Assembly (NCBI GenBank): GCA_951406725.2
Contig: OX597836.1
Span: forward strand, 4,774,001-4,838,000
DNA: 64,000 nt
Source of the DNA: Octopus vulgaris
Taxonomy: Eukaryota
Direction: 5' to 3'
The position numbers and the translations under genes are program-made. The notes under the pieces are model-generated. The model was not told the DNA's origin. It saw only the letters and a list, made by a program, of their open reading frames with translations, and did not search any database. Below are positions 1 through 13,869 of the stretch, piece after piece (within the stretch, counting starts at the first letter, position 1; each line of letters opens with the position of its first letter).

Positions 1-630
1 ATATATATATACATATATACATGTATGCATATATATATATATATCTCTTATTATAATATATATATATATAAACACACACTCATTATATACCTTCATATGA
101 AGATACATGCAAACATGCATATATTCATACTCGTATACATACATACGTACATATATACAAACGTTGATACTCAGACATGTATACATAAGTATGCACTTAC
201 ATGCCTATATTCACGTATTCACACACATACGTACACATACATAAATACATATACATACCTTCATACATAACACACACAAACACTTACATACGACCGTACA
301 CATGTACATTTATACATACACACATACATATATAAATAATACATACATATATACATACACACATACATAAATAATACATACATACATACACACATACATA
401 CATGCATACATTCATACACACATAAATGATACATACATACATAAATAATACATACATGCATACATACACACATACATAGACACATAATACATACATACAT
501 ACTTACATATATACATACACACATGCACGCTTAAATAATACATATATGCATACATACATACACACAAGCATACATTTATACACACATGCATACATTCATA
601 CATATATACACACCTACATACATACGTAAG
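1..630. repeat. Compound (TA)n/(CATA)n/(CA)n microsatellite block
   Basis: Degenerate ATAC/AC/AT repeats seen directly; the ORFs here are repeat translations. Confidence 0.9.
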
Positions 631-769
631 CATCCCTTTACAAATCGCACAATATCTCAGAAAGTAGAACACTTTTCGGTGTCACTGCGCGGGGCGGGGT
701 TTCAATTTCCGCTCTGTGTCCCCGATATTTTTTATAGGCTCTCAACTGGTGGAGGTGAAAATGGTTGCT

Positions 770-1480
770 GGTAGTTGGTGGTGGTGGTAGTGATGGTAGT
801 GGTGGTGGTGGTGGGGATGGGTGGTGGTGGTTGCTTTATTGATTGCTTGTAGTAAGTAGTGGAGGAGGTTGTGGCGGCGCTAGTTGTTGTGGTATCGATG
901 TTAGAAATTGCTGAAAATGGGTTTTCGTGGATATGCTTTAGTGCTGCTACTGCTGTTGCTGCTGTTGTTGTGGTTTTTGATGGTGGTGGTGGTGGTGGTG
1001 GTGGTGGTGGTGATGGTGGTGGTGGTGGTGGTGGTGGTGGTGGTGGTGGTGGTGGTAGTGGTGATGGTGGTTTGTGGTGATGTTGCTGGCGGCTGCGTTG
1101 ATGGTGGTGGTGGTGGTGGTGGTGGTGGTGGTGGTGGTGGTGGTGGTGGTGGTGGTGGTGGTGATACTCTGCTACTGCTGCTGCTGCTGATGATGTTGCT
1201 GGTGGTGGTGATAGTGGTAGTGTTTATGGTGGTGGTGTTGGTGGTGGTTGTGGTGGCGGTGGTTGTTTTCGTCACGGTGTATATGAGTGTGGTGGTGGTG
1301 GTGGTGGTGGTGATGCTCTTGGTGGCGATATAGTGTAGGTGATGGAGTTGGTGGAGATTATAATGCTAGTGGTTATGGTTGTGGTGGTGGTGGTGATGGT
1401 GGTCTTGCTGATGGTAGATGTGGTGGTGGTGGTGGTGGCGGTGCTAATATGTTTACTGATTTTGGTGTTGTTAATGATGA
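770..1480. repeat. (GGT)n trinucleotide repeat region
   Basis: Long pure GGT runs (about 982-1057 and 1103-1162) within degenerate GGT/GTT/GCT sequence. Confidence 0.95.
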
Positions 1481-1589
1481 CAGTATTGTTGTAGATGTTT
1501 AACTCAAGCTCAGACATCATTGCGTAGCTACCTATGATCAAAATCCTTCCAAAAGTGGCCACCACACGTTATTTTTACGACATATGTAT

Positions 1590-1973
1590 CGTGGCACTTT
1601 ATGTCAGTTACGACGACGAGGGTCCCAGCTGATACGATCAACGGATCAGCTTGCTTGTTGAATTATTATGCAACTGACTGAGCACTCCACAGACACGTGT
1701 ACCCTTAACGTAGTTTTCAGAGAGTTTCAGCGTGGCTCAGAGTGTGACAAAGCTGGCTCTTTTGAAATACAGGTACAACAGAAACAGGAAGTAAGAGTGA
1801 GAGAAAGTTGTGGTGAAAGAATACAGCAGGTTTCGCCACAAACCCTGTCAGACCCTTGTAGAACTTTATGAGTTTTTGCTCAATAAACACTCAGAACGGC
1901 CGGTCTGGGAATCGAAACTGCAATCCTACGACCGAGAGTCCGCTGCCCTAACCACTGGGCCACTGCGCCTCCC
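1590..1973 (-). mobile_element. tRNA-derived SINE, family A, full length
   Basis: Reverse complement of the 35299-35681 element (head GGAGGCGCAGTGGCCCAGTGGTTAGGGC; tail CCCTCGTCGTCGTAAC). Degenerate TSD CGACATATGTAT / CGACTTATATAT. Confidence 0.85.
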
Positions 1974-2556
1974 CGACTTATATATAGAACTGTAATATAC
2001 AATGATTCATTTCTTTTTTATTTAGATACACTTTCCATTTGGTTACTATTTCTAACAGATTGAGCAACTGTTTATTGCTTTGGCTCAACAGTCGTATTGT
2101 CAAAGACGTTCCAGATATGCCCACCCTTTTTAGAGAAAGTTCCATTGTACCATTGCGTGGTACAGGCATCGGTGTTGTTGCAAAATCCTGGTGGGAGCAA
2201 AAACTCCTGAAATAAGGCATATGCGCTCATTAACCATTCTTCATTTTCGATCTTATTGCTATTGTTTACATGAAGCGTCTCGGATACGAAACGTGGAGAC
2301 AAAATCAGTGCTGGATATTATTTCTATGGAAAATCCGTAGACAAAACCTTAATTAGAAACGTCTCCTTGGTTGTCCCTACTACAATCGTACTTCTTTTCC
2401 TCTAAGCACGAAAATAAACTTTGAAAAGATTAACTGGTTCACTGAGATTATGTCGCCTGTTATCCCAGAAATAAAAATTCCCATAAGGTTTCTTTTCCTG
2501 TTGTATTGTTCTTGAAATTTCAAATCAAAATATTTCGTTTAATCTTTGCGTACGAT

Positions 2557-2965
2557 TGGCTGTGTGGTAAGTAGCTTGCTTACCGACCACATGGTTCCGG
2601 GTTCAGTCTTACTGTGTGACACCTTGGAAAAGTGTCTTCTACTATAGCCTCGGGCAGACCAAAGCCTTATGAGTTGATTTGGTAGACGGAAACTGAAAGA
2701 AGCCCGTCGTATATAAGTATATATATACATGCATGTATGTGAGTTTCTGTGTCTGTGTTTGTCCCCCTAACATTGCTTGACAACCGATGCTGGTGTGTTT
2801 ACGTACCCGTAACTTAGCGGTTCGACAAAAGAGACGGATAGAATAAGTACTGGGCTTACAAAGAATAAGTCCTGGGGTCGATTTGCTCGACTAAAGGCGG
2901 TGCTCCAGCATGGCCACAGTCAAATGACTGAAACAAGTAAAAGAGTAAAAAGGAGAGAGTAAAGA
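2557..2965 (+). mobile_element. SINE family C (tRNA-like head, internal TA/TG microsatellite, TAAAAGAG tail)
   Basis: TGGCTGTGTGGTAAGTAGC...GGTTCCGGGTTCAGTC head and GGCGGTGCTCCAGCATGGCC...GACTGAAACAAGTAAAAGAG tail; close match to 25825-26246 and 58766-59235. Confidence 0.9.
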
Positions 2966-3546
2966 AGTTGCAGGACCTTGTAGTGAGAAGTATGGGCTCA
3001 CGATCATACGATCCTGCGTTCAAATCATTAAGAGGGTGACAAGCTTCGGTCCTGAGCAAAGTACTGCTTTCCCCGTTTTTCTTGTCGGTGCACTGGCACT
3101 ATGCCAAGGCCGTATAATCCCGAAATGCCGGTCTACCAGCACTACACGTGTCTTCATTTTTCACCATTTCTTACCCTCGTATTGTGAAACAAGCCTGTCT
3201 TTAGAGCATATACTCGAAAATTTAAAATTTTAAGGGAAACTCGCTGGAAGCTCAGGGTGGTGCATTGAATTCCTGTGGGTGGTTAATGTTCAAAAGGTTG
3301 ATTTTGTCCTGGCGTTCTCTCCTTCTCTCGTTCATGCTGTCAGATATATTGCATTCTACTGGACGACAGAGAGGGTGTCAATATATACTCGTGACTATAC
3401 AGGCACCTGAAACAGTTATGGAAAGGATGGTACATTAAATTAGGTCATGCTGGTTTACTTGTGAACCCTAGGGCTATACGCCATTTAATTACATCAAACT
3501 TTATCTTGAGTAAATGTATATATATTCATTATGTATATTCAATGGG

Positions 3547-3725
3547 TGCACGTGTGGTTTTGCGGTAACAAATTTGCTTCTAAACCACACGGTTCTGTGA
3601 TCGGTATCTTCAAATATAGTCTCCGGCCGTCCAGACCCTTATAACTGGATTTGGTAGACGGAAACTGAAAGAAGTATATCGTATATATATACATACATAC
3701 ACACAACTACACATACATACGAGCA

Positions 3726-3812
<87 letters not shown>

Positions 3813-3950
3813 ATGTGTGTGTGTGTGTGAGTGTGTGTGTGTGTGTGTGTTGACCCCCTACTACCGTTTCACCAACGGAATTGGTGTAAGTAACCTAGCG
3901 GTTCAGCCTAAGGGACTGAAACTGATGTACCAGTGTTTAAAACAATAAAT
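3547..3950 (+). mobile_element. SINE family C, degenerate, with expanded (TG)n
   Basis: GGATTTGGTAGACGGAAACTGAAAGAAG body motif followed by about 120 bp of (TG)n. Confidence 0.7.
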
Positions 3951-3977
3951 ACGTTTAACTAAAATTTCCTACGAATT

Positions 3978-4335
3978 TCTTGTTACTTGTTTCAGTCATT
4001 TGACTGCCGCCATGCTGGAGCACCGCCTTGACAGGTTTTAGTCAAAGAAATCGTCTCCGGGATTTCTTCCTTTAACCCTAGTGCTTATTATATTGGTAAA
4101 ATTTGACGAACCGCTAAGTTTAGGCTACATGAACACATCAGCATCGGTTATCAAGCGATGGCAGGAGGACAATATGTATATATACATATATATATATACG
4201 ATGGGCTTCTTTCAATTTCCGGCTACCAAGTCAACTGACAAAGCTCTGGTCAGCACGACGCTATAGTAGAAACCTCTTGCCCATGGGGCCAGGAAGAACC
4301 CAGAAGCAAGCTTCTTACGTCACAGCCACGCCTTT
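3978..4335 (-). mobile_element. SINE family C, degenerate
   Basis: TACTTGTTTCAGTCATTTGACTGCCGCCATGCTGGAGCACCGCC (reverse-complement tail) and GGGCTTCTTTCAATTTCC body. Confidence 0.75.
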
Positions 4336-4584
4336 ACACACACGCACACGCATTTTAATTACATGCATGAGACTCGGTGGTATATCTGTTTCTTCATTGC
4401 CCAGACACAATAAAACACACACTTGTGACAAATGCTTCTTACACACACGCTTCAAATCTAAAAAGGCCAAGCATTCTACTCGTCTTAATGTGATACAAAC
4501 AACAGTAATACATTTCGCTGTTGTTCTCTTTGCGTATATGTCTTCCTTTATCTGAAATAATATCGCTTGGCCTGTCTTCCTGGC

Positions 4585-4591
4585 TACCTAC

Positions 4592-4662
<71 letters not shown>

Positions 4663-4663
4663 C

Positions 4664-4741
<78 letters not shown>

Positions 4742-4793
4742 CTATCTCTCTATCTATCTAGCTATCTATCCATCTCTCTGTCTATCTGTCTGC

Positions 4794-4873
<80 letters not shown>

Positions 4874-4894
4874 ACATATATATTTGGATATATG

Positions 4895-4968
<74 letters not shown>

Positions 4969-5033
4969 AATATATGTATCTATCCATCTTTCAACCTATC
5001 TGTTTGTCTTTCTGTCTATCTATGTATCTTCCC

Positions 5034-5077
<44 letters not shown>

Positions 5078-5098
5078 TCATATGTGTGTGTGTGTGTG

Positions 5099-5160
<62 letters not shown>
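4585..5160. repeat. (CTAT)n / (CT)n / (TA)n compound microsatellite
   Basis: Seen directly. Confidence 0.95.
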
Positions 5161-5164
<4 letters not shown>

Positions 5165-5752
5165 CATGTTAGTATGGCTGCATTACACGTGTATTTCCAA
5201 TACCTTCGAGATATGCGGCAACAGACGTGCCTAGTTCTCAAATATCATCACTCTAAATATCTTATAGCACCAAATGCTTGTACACATCATTCCTCAATGT
5301 TCTATATACACTGCAACAATCGCATGCGATACATACCACAATTACAGCAGCATGAACGCACTACAGCAAAGAATTACTACACGCGCTATCATACTAAGTA
5401 CTCTACATCAAAATGTGTACACACGCTTCCTACAATATTAATTTTCTATACAAATTAGAGCAAGAATTTAATTTAAACACTCTAGAACAGTTAGCTATAC
5501 ACACCATGGTTCTATGATCGATCTATATATAGAGCTGCAATAATTTTTTTGTGTATACACTGCAAATAATATATTTTATTCGCACGTACGCGTCAATGAA
5601 CGTCTGTCTACGCCCGGGAAAAACAATAATGTGTCATACATCCGGCATTATTCATTCACACAGAAAACATTTATACCATCACGGAAAATTGTATTTTCTG
5701 TAATTATTCAACATCACAATATTAACCTCCAAGAAATAGCACATATCTGTGC

Positions 5753-5852
<100 letters not shown>

Positions 5853-5895
5853 GTATGTATCTATCTATCTATATATATAACTATATCTATCTATA

Positions 5896-5947
<52 letters not shown>

Positions 5948-6525
5948 CATCTTTCATATATAGATGCACACACACAGACACACATACATACATACATATA
6001 TACATACATACATACATATACATATATGAATGTATATACACCTACAGAGATATACTCCTGCGCATTTCGATACAGGCACACTAATGAATTTGTATATAGA
6101 CTTAGAACACCATACGTATACACAGATGATAGTAAATTCCTATAAATACCGCACAAGGTTTGCGTTATACACACTGTACAGAACTCTACATCCCCCTTGG
6201 CTATACAATGCATTGAACCTTGACAGCAGAGCTCTATATACACCCACGACTTTGTAAGTGAGTATACTGGCTATGTTTCTGTTGCTTACACCCACGATAA
6301 AATACATATAAACACTCGACATTTAATTGTATACACCCACTGCTTTCATTTATGAACACCTACGGCAATACTTCATCTCGACGTACATATTAAAGTATAG
6401 TTATATACACCCATGGCATTATATATAATTTCATAGATTAGAATTGAATTTCATACGCAAATACAAGAGCAAGAAATCCAATTATATATACCTAAGACTG
6501 CAATACTATTTACATATGAGTGCAA

Positions 6526-6576
<51 letters not shown>

Positions 6577-7178
6577 CATGTGTGTGTGTGTATATGTATA
6601 TAGCCAGCTGGAAACGCCGTTTCCTGTGGCTAAATAACAATAAGAATCGTCCTTATCAGGACGGCCACATTAAGTTGGCAAATAGCCTTTACTTTATATG
6701 TGTGTGTGCGTGTGTATGATCCGACTGTATATAGTATATATACATTAAAATTGAGATTTATGCATATAATCTGATTATGAGTCTGTGTACACTTGTTACT
6801 GCACTATACGAATCAATATGACATTCTCGATGGCTAGATTGACCTGTTAGATATAATAGCCAAATCTTCCTCAGATTTTGTATACTAGAAATGTACTCCT
6901 ATGACAGGCAAGCTGATGAATGTGTCACGCCCGGAAAGACGATGATCATTGCTATGTTGAATTCCGTCAGCGCTGACAGAACTGTACAGTCTTCTGTAAC
7001 GTACTCACTTCTCTGCACGGAGGGTCAATTATATTCTCAAGGTATAATGATATTCTATACCTGCGTGCTGTTATACAATCATTTATATCTACGAGGGTGC
7101 AAAAATATGCACTCACCACGACGCATTCCCTTGCACACAAGCACGTGATGAAACAGACAGATATAGGTCTAGGCCTGT

Positions 7179-7216
<38 letters not shown>

Positions 7217-7453
7217 CACAATGTTAATCAATACCCTTACAAACGATAATAGAGTTTAAAATATTACAGAATTTACGCCAAAGAATATACATCCATCATA
7301 AGAGCTTTATATATATATATATATATATACACACAAACCGATAGTATAGTTATACATACACACCTCCGACATTACAACGAACAATACGGTTGCAGTAGAA
7401 ATCAATACGCCTATATATATATATATATATACAGACATACGTAGATATGTATT

Positions 7454-7502
<49 letters not shown>

Positions 7503-7854
7503 ATTTATATACACAATAGTACATTTGTATACGCACCGCGAATTGTAAAGTTCCATTGACATATGCCAGTAATGATATATACACACACATTAAAACAATT
7601 ATATACACATGTACTCAACATTACAATTATATACGCGCAGAGCATTTTACAGTTCACTTCAACTGCAGCACGACATCAATAAAATTCTATATACACACCA
7701 GACGACAGTACCATTTTATACACACCTAAGATTGTACAGATCCATACGCCTACGTTTGTACCGTTATATATATACACGCATCAGAAGCCATTTCTGAATA
7801 CACGCTACAGAATCGTACCATTATATACACACACGATTGACATTGTATATACAC

Positions 7855-8083
<229 letters not shown>

Positions 8084-8514
8084 GTATGTATAGACGGGCG
8101 CGCGCACACGGTTGTATGTGGAATGACTAAAGCGTATCACCGATCCGACTGCTGTCTCACATCTGGTGAAGTATCAGATAAGAACGGCAGGAACAGCAAT
8201 GCTAACATCCTCAATGGTAGCAGCAGCAGCGGCAGCGGCTGCACGGACTGCAGCGATGGGAGCAGCACCAGCGACTGTGGTAGCAGCGACGGCAAGAAAA
8301 CGAACAGAATAATTGTCATCATCGTCGTCGTGGTCGTCGTGGTCGTCGTGGTCGTCGACATCACTCACATCATGCAACCGGTTGAACTTTACCCTATCAA
8401 CTCTGTCAATTTCTTTATCTCTCTCTCTCTCTCTCTCCCTATTTATTTATCTATCTATCTATCTATCTGTATGTATATACATATGTGTATATATGTACAC
8501 ACATACACACACAC

Positions 8515-8569
<55 letters not shown>

Positions 8570-8658
8570 ACCAAAAAGGGTACGGGCCTCGCTATATTTA
8601 TATTGTACGTAGAAAAATACAAACCGAAACAAGACCCTTGTCCCAGTTTGTATTTTTC

Positions 8659-8671
<13 letters not shown>
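8570..8671. repeat. Fold-back inverted repeat embedded in (TA)n
   Basis: Arm 8599-8633 TATATTGTACGTAGAAAAATACAAACCGAAACAAG pairs with 8637-8671 (about 30/35); 3-nt loop. Confidence 0.8.
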
Positions 8672-8700
<29 letters not shown>

Positions 8701-8820
8701 GCATGTATGTATATGTATATATATATAGATATATATATATACATATATATATACATGTATATATATATGGATGTATATAGATAATGCACACGCAAACAGA
8801 TACGCATATATATATATACA

Positions 8821-8869
<49 letters not shown>

Positions 8870-9060
8870 CACATATATATGTATGTATCTATATATGTGT
8901 AAATATGCGCATATATATATATACATAAATATATGTATCTTTGTGTGAGTGTGTTTGTGTGCATGTATGTATATATATGTATATTTAAACATATATAGTC
9001 AGTCGCACATATTCAAGTCTGTACCACACAGATCAAGCACATCATTACACAATTAACCAA

Positions 9061-9118
<58 letters not shown>

Positions 9119-9782
9119 GCTGCTGCTGCTACTACCCCTGCTGCTGCTACTTCTACTGGTGAAACTGTCTGTACTTACTTGCAGCATGCCACACGTTGAA
9201 CTTACCTGATGTAAATTGACGCAAAATGCGGTGTGCCGGATGTGAAACTACCGCCAACGCTACAGCAAAAGCACAACCACTTGGAAAACGGAAGCAACAA
9301 GCCATCAGTGTGATCCTCTACGCTGATGCATGACCTGTTAGAAATCGTGGTTATCTCTCACTCAAATGAAACACCTACGATCATAGAGGACGGGGCTAAT
9401 TAATATGATAATATAACAGATGTGATGGCCGTGTTTGGATTCATTTTGAATTAGAGGTTTGCTCTCTCAAGGGCAGTGTCCATAGGAGCCGGTGTGAGAG
9501 GGCGGTTTAAACATCAATAGTACTGTCACCATCACCGCCACTCCATCCAAAAATCACCGCCACCACTACCACCACCCACACGAGCACCACTAACAAGGAC
9601 AACGTCAACATAGAGCAATAGATTAGATAGATAGATATTGCCACCACGATCGCCCACATGGTGGTTACTATGGTACTTGACCGATTCTCTACATGTGGGA
9701 TATAGTTTACGCAGACAACTGTGGGCATGCACGTCACACACACACACATACACACACGCACTCACTTATTTACATGTATGTA

Positions 9783-9831
<49 letters not shown>

Positions 9832-9913
9832 TTTATAGAAGGAGCTTCTACAGGACTAGAACTGTTTCATTCATCCTTGTTAACTGTGGTTAACCCCGAC
9901 TCAACCCGGGACC

Positions 9914-9956
<43 letters not shown>

Positions 9957-9960
9957 ATTG

Positions 9961-10007
<47 letters not shown>

Positions 10008-10031
10008 ATATATATTATATATATATATATC

Positions 10032-10070
<39 letters not shown>

Positions 10071-10160
10071 GACTGCAGGTATGTACGTAGGCTTATCAAT
10101 GGATATCTGCTCTTCTCCCTTCTCATAAGCCGGTATATAGCCCTGCGTTGAGTTGTGTCC

Positions 10161-10215
<55 letters not shown>

Positions 10216-10589
10216 CATACACGCACACACTTTTATTTATTTTTGAAGAATTAGGAAGAAAAGGAAAACAAAACCGATCGCTTTTTCCTTTGTTCAAATA
10301 TCGATCGACGAATGAATTAGCACAGAGAAATGTGTACTGGATCGATAGGTAATTAAAAGAAAGACAAATAAAATATAATTGTGATCCCTTTCATTCTGTG
10401 CCCTAATAACCTCAATACCTTTATCATCATCGTCATCATCATCGTTGTCATCCTCATCCTCATCCTCATCATCATCGCCGTCATCAACATCATCATCATC
10501 ATCATCGCTATCATCATCAGCTACGTCGATTGTAGTTACATAAATATAGAGACGGCCTTGTCTTTCTTCTGCCGGTATAAACCATATAA

Positions 10590-10652
<63 letters not shown>

Positions 10653-11089
10653 CAAACACACACAAACACACACAAACACACACACACACAAAAGCACGAG
10701 TACAGAGGCACACATCAACAAACGTTGGTGCGTGCACACAGAAAATGTGTGTGAGTTGTACACACATACAAAAACATGTGCACACACACACAGACACCCA
10801 CCCACACACACACACACACAAACATTCGTACACACATTCATGCACATATACACACTGCTAGGTCGGTAATAATGTACATAGATATGTTTATATCAACGTA
10901 TATATGCATGTGGGTTTGTCTGTGTGTGGGTAGGTAAGCATGTATATGTGTACGTACGTACGTATGTATGTATATATGCGTATATGTATGTATATGTGTA
11001 CGTATATGTGCGTGTTTATAGATTTGCCGATTTGGCTGTATAGGACTTCATCGATAATTCGATAACTTTAATTGAAACACTTACTAGTT

Positions 11090-11175
<86 letters not shown>

Positions 11176-11399
11176 TCGTGGTTGGGGTCATCACCATCAC
11201 CATCATCATCATCGTCGTTATCGTTGTGACGAGAGAAGATTGAAGCCACTCTTCATTGTATTACGAACCAGATGAAATAGTAACAGTCACAAACAGAAAA
11301 TTGTAGCAGAGAAGGCGTCCCTGAGAAGTAGAGCAATGCATTAGAAACAGCGGCTGTCACCTATAGATCGAACCCCAACAATTAATACCGACCTTCATA

Positions 11400-12060
11400 T
11401 ATGCATGTATGTGTGTATGTATGTATGTATGTATGTATGTATGTATGTATGTATGTATGTATGTATGTATGCATGTATGTATGTATGTATGTTATGTATG
11501 CATGTATGTATGTATGTATGTATGTATTATGTATGTATGTATGTATGTATGTATGTATGTATGTATAAATATGTATACACGTATGTGTGTGTCTAGATAT
11601 ATAAATATATTGGTATTTATATATTTGTATATATATGCGTGGTTATGTGAGTGTGTACGTATGTGCGTATATACATATGTATATATATATATAGAGAGAG
11701 AGATATGCTTACATGAATATATGCATTCATGCATGCATGTATGTATGTATGTATGCATGTATGAATGTATGTATGCATATATGTATATATGCATGTATGT
11801 ATATATGCATGTATGTATGTATGTATGCATTTATGTATGTATGTATTTATGTATGTATGTATGTATGTATGTATATATGTATGTATGTATTTATGTATGT
11901 ATGTATGTATTTATGTATGTATGTATGTATGTATGTATGTATATATGCATGTATGTATGTATATATGCATGTATGAATGTATGCATGCATGCATGCATGT
12001 ATGCATGTATGTATGTATGAATGTATGCATGCATGTATGCCTGTATGTATGTATGTATAT
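11400..12060. repeat. (TATG)n/(CATG)n microsatellite block
   Basis: Seen directly. Confidence 0.95.
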
Positions 12061-12385
12061 GAAGCAATCGTGGAGTTCCGCTTCAGTTATCGTATTCACG
12101 GTTATGACCGAAAAGTTCTGATTGTCCCGACTGCGGAACTGTCTGAAAGTTTGTCTACCACACCAGGGAGTGATCTGAAGAAGACAGAGGATTGCACAAC
12201 TGACAATAGCACCATCACCACCACCACCACCACCACCACAACAACAACAACGAAAACAACTACATTCACTACAACAGCAGCAACAACAAGAACTCCCTCC
12301 GACAACGACGACGACGCGAACAATAACAATAATACCGACACTTACCGCTGAAGTTGCGGCCACATCTTCGTCGTCGTCGTCATCG

Positions 12386-12424
<39 letters not shown>

Positions 12425-12888
12425 ACAACAACAACAACAATAACAACGACAACAAAAGCAACAGATAAGCAAACCGAAACTTAAAAACAAAAGAAAATAT
12501 ACCAAAAAAGCGGCGGCGGCAGCGAAAGCCATAAGAAAAGAGAGAAAAAAGAACGTGGGCAACAACAACAACAACAACAACAATAGCAACATGGCAAAAC
12601 GTCGTCAGCGGGAGAACCCAGAAAACAGCAACGGTAGCATGAACAGCGAAACAGCAGCAACAGTTTAATCGAAAGCAACAACAGCAGTGAGAGCGAGAAC
12701 AGCAGCAGCAGCAGCAGCAGCAGAACCAGAGTCGGATCAACAGCAGCCAATCGCATTGATCACTCGTCGGGTAGACAAACGATTGCATGTATCGATAGAT
12801 TTAAGCATTAGAGACACACTCAAGCACACATGCACAGGGAAAAAACACACGCAACATGCAGCCACAAACAACGATATATATATGTGTG

Positions 12889-12984
<96 letters not shown>

Positions 12985-13020
12985 ATATGTATATATATTA
13001 TATATATGTAAAAATAATAT

Positions 13021-13096
13021 GTGACAATTACTCAGTGGCCAAGATAAGACTGAGTTTCGGATGCCGAGGTGGAAATCCACATCACCATCTCTTCAG

Positions 13097-13100
<4 letters not shown>
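13021..13100 (-). ncRNA. Type I hammerhead ribozyme candidate (Penelope/retrozyme-like insert in (TA)n)
   Basis: Minus strand: CUGAAGA (13096-13090), long stem II (GAUG..GUGG/CCAC..CAUC with a bulged C), GAAA (13058-13055), perfect 7-bp stem III (A-CUCAGU / ACUGAG-U), GUA cleavage triplet. Helix I is short (AUAAU/AUUGU with one bulged A). Confidence 0.7.
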
Positions 13101-13179
<79 letters not shown>

Positions 13180-13180
13180 T

Positions 13181-13242
<62 letters not shown>

Positions 13243-13452
13243 TACATATAGTGTATATATATATTATATATATATACATAATATATATTTACATATAATG
13301 TATATATACATATATATACATATATATATATACATTATATATACATATATATATACATTATACATTATGTTTATTAAAATACACATTTTAGTATATAATG
13401 TGTGTATATAATGTAGTATATAATGTGTGTATATTTATATATATATATATAA

Positions 13453-13765
13453 TGGCGTGGCTGTGTGTTAAGAAGCTTGCTTCCCAATCACATGTATCCG
13501 TGTTCAGTCCCACCACGTGTCACCACGCGGAAACAGAAAGTAGCTTGTTGTATATATCTATCTGTGTGTGTGTGTGTGTGTGTTTGGTGCATGTATATAT
13601 CTATGTTTGACAACCGATGTCGGTGTGTTTACATCCCCGTAACATAAAGGTTCGGTATAAGAAACCGATAGAATTGATACTAAGCGCACTTAGTATAAGT
13701 TCTGGGAGTCGGATTCTTCCACTAAAACCATTTAAGATGGTGCTCCAGCATGGCAGCAGTCAGAT
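13453..13765 (+). mobile_element. SINE family C, internally deleted
   Basis: Head GGCGTGGCTGTGTGTTAAGAAGCTTGC and tail GGTGCTCCAGCATGGCAGCAGTC. Confidence 0.7.
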
Positions 13766-13869
13766 GTGTGTTTGCGTCTTTATGTTTGTATCTATATGTA
13801 TACATGTGTGTGTGTTTCTGTGTGTGTTAGTGTGTGTGTGCGTGCGCGCGCGTGCGTGTGTGTGTGTAT

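Noticed and set aside
629-750. Possible Helitron-like 3' end (…CAACTGGT)
   Set aside because: No clear terminal hairpin, no exact CTAG end and no second copy in the window.
2050-2215. Possible exon after the TTCTAACAG acceptor
   Set aside because: Short frames with no recognisable protein and no convincing donor.
6905-6945. CTGATGA...GGAAA hammerhead-like spacing
   Set aside because: No stem II or stem III pairing.
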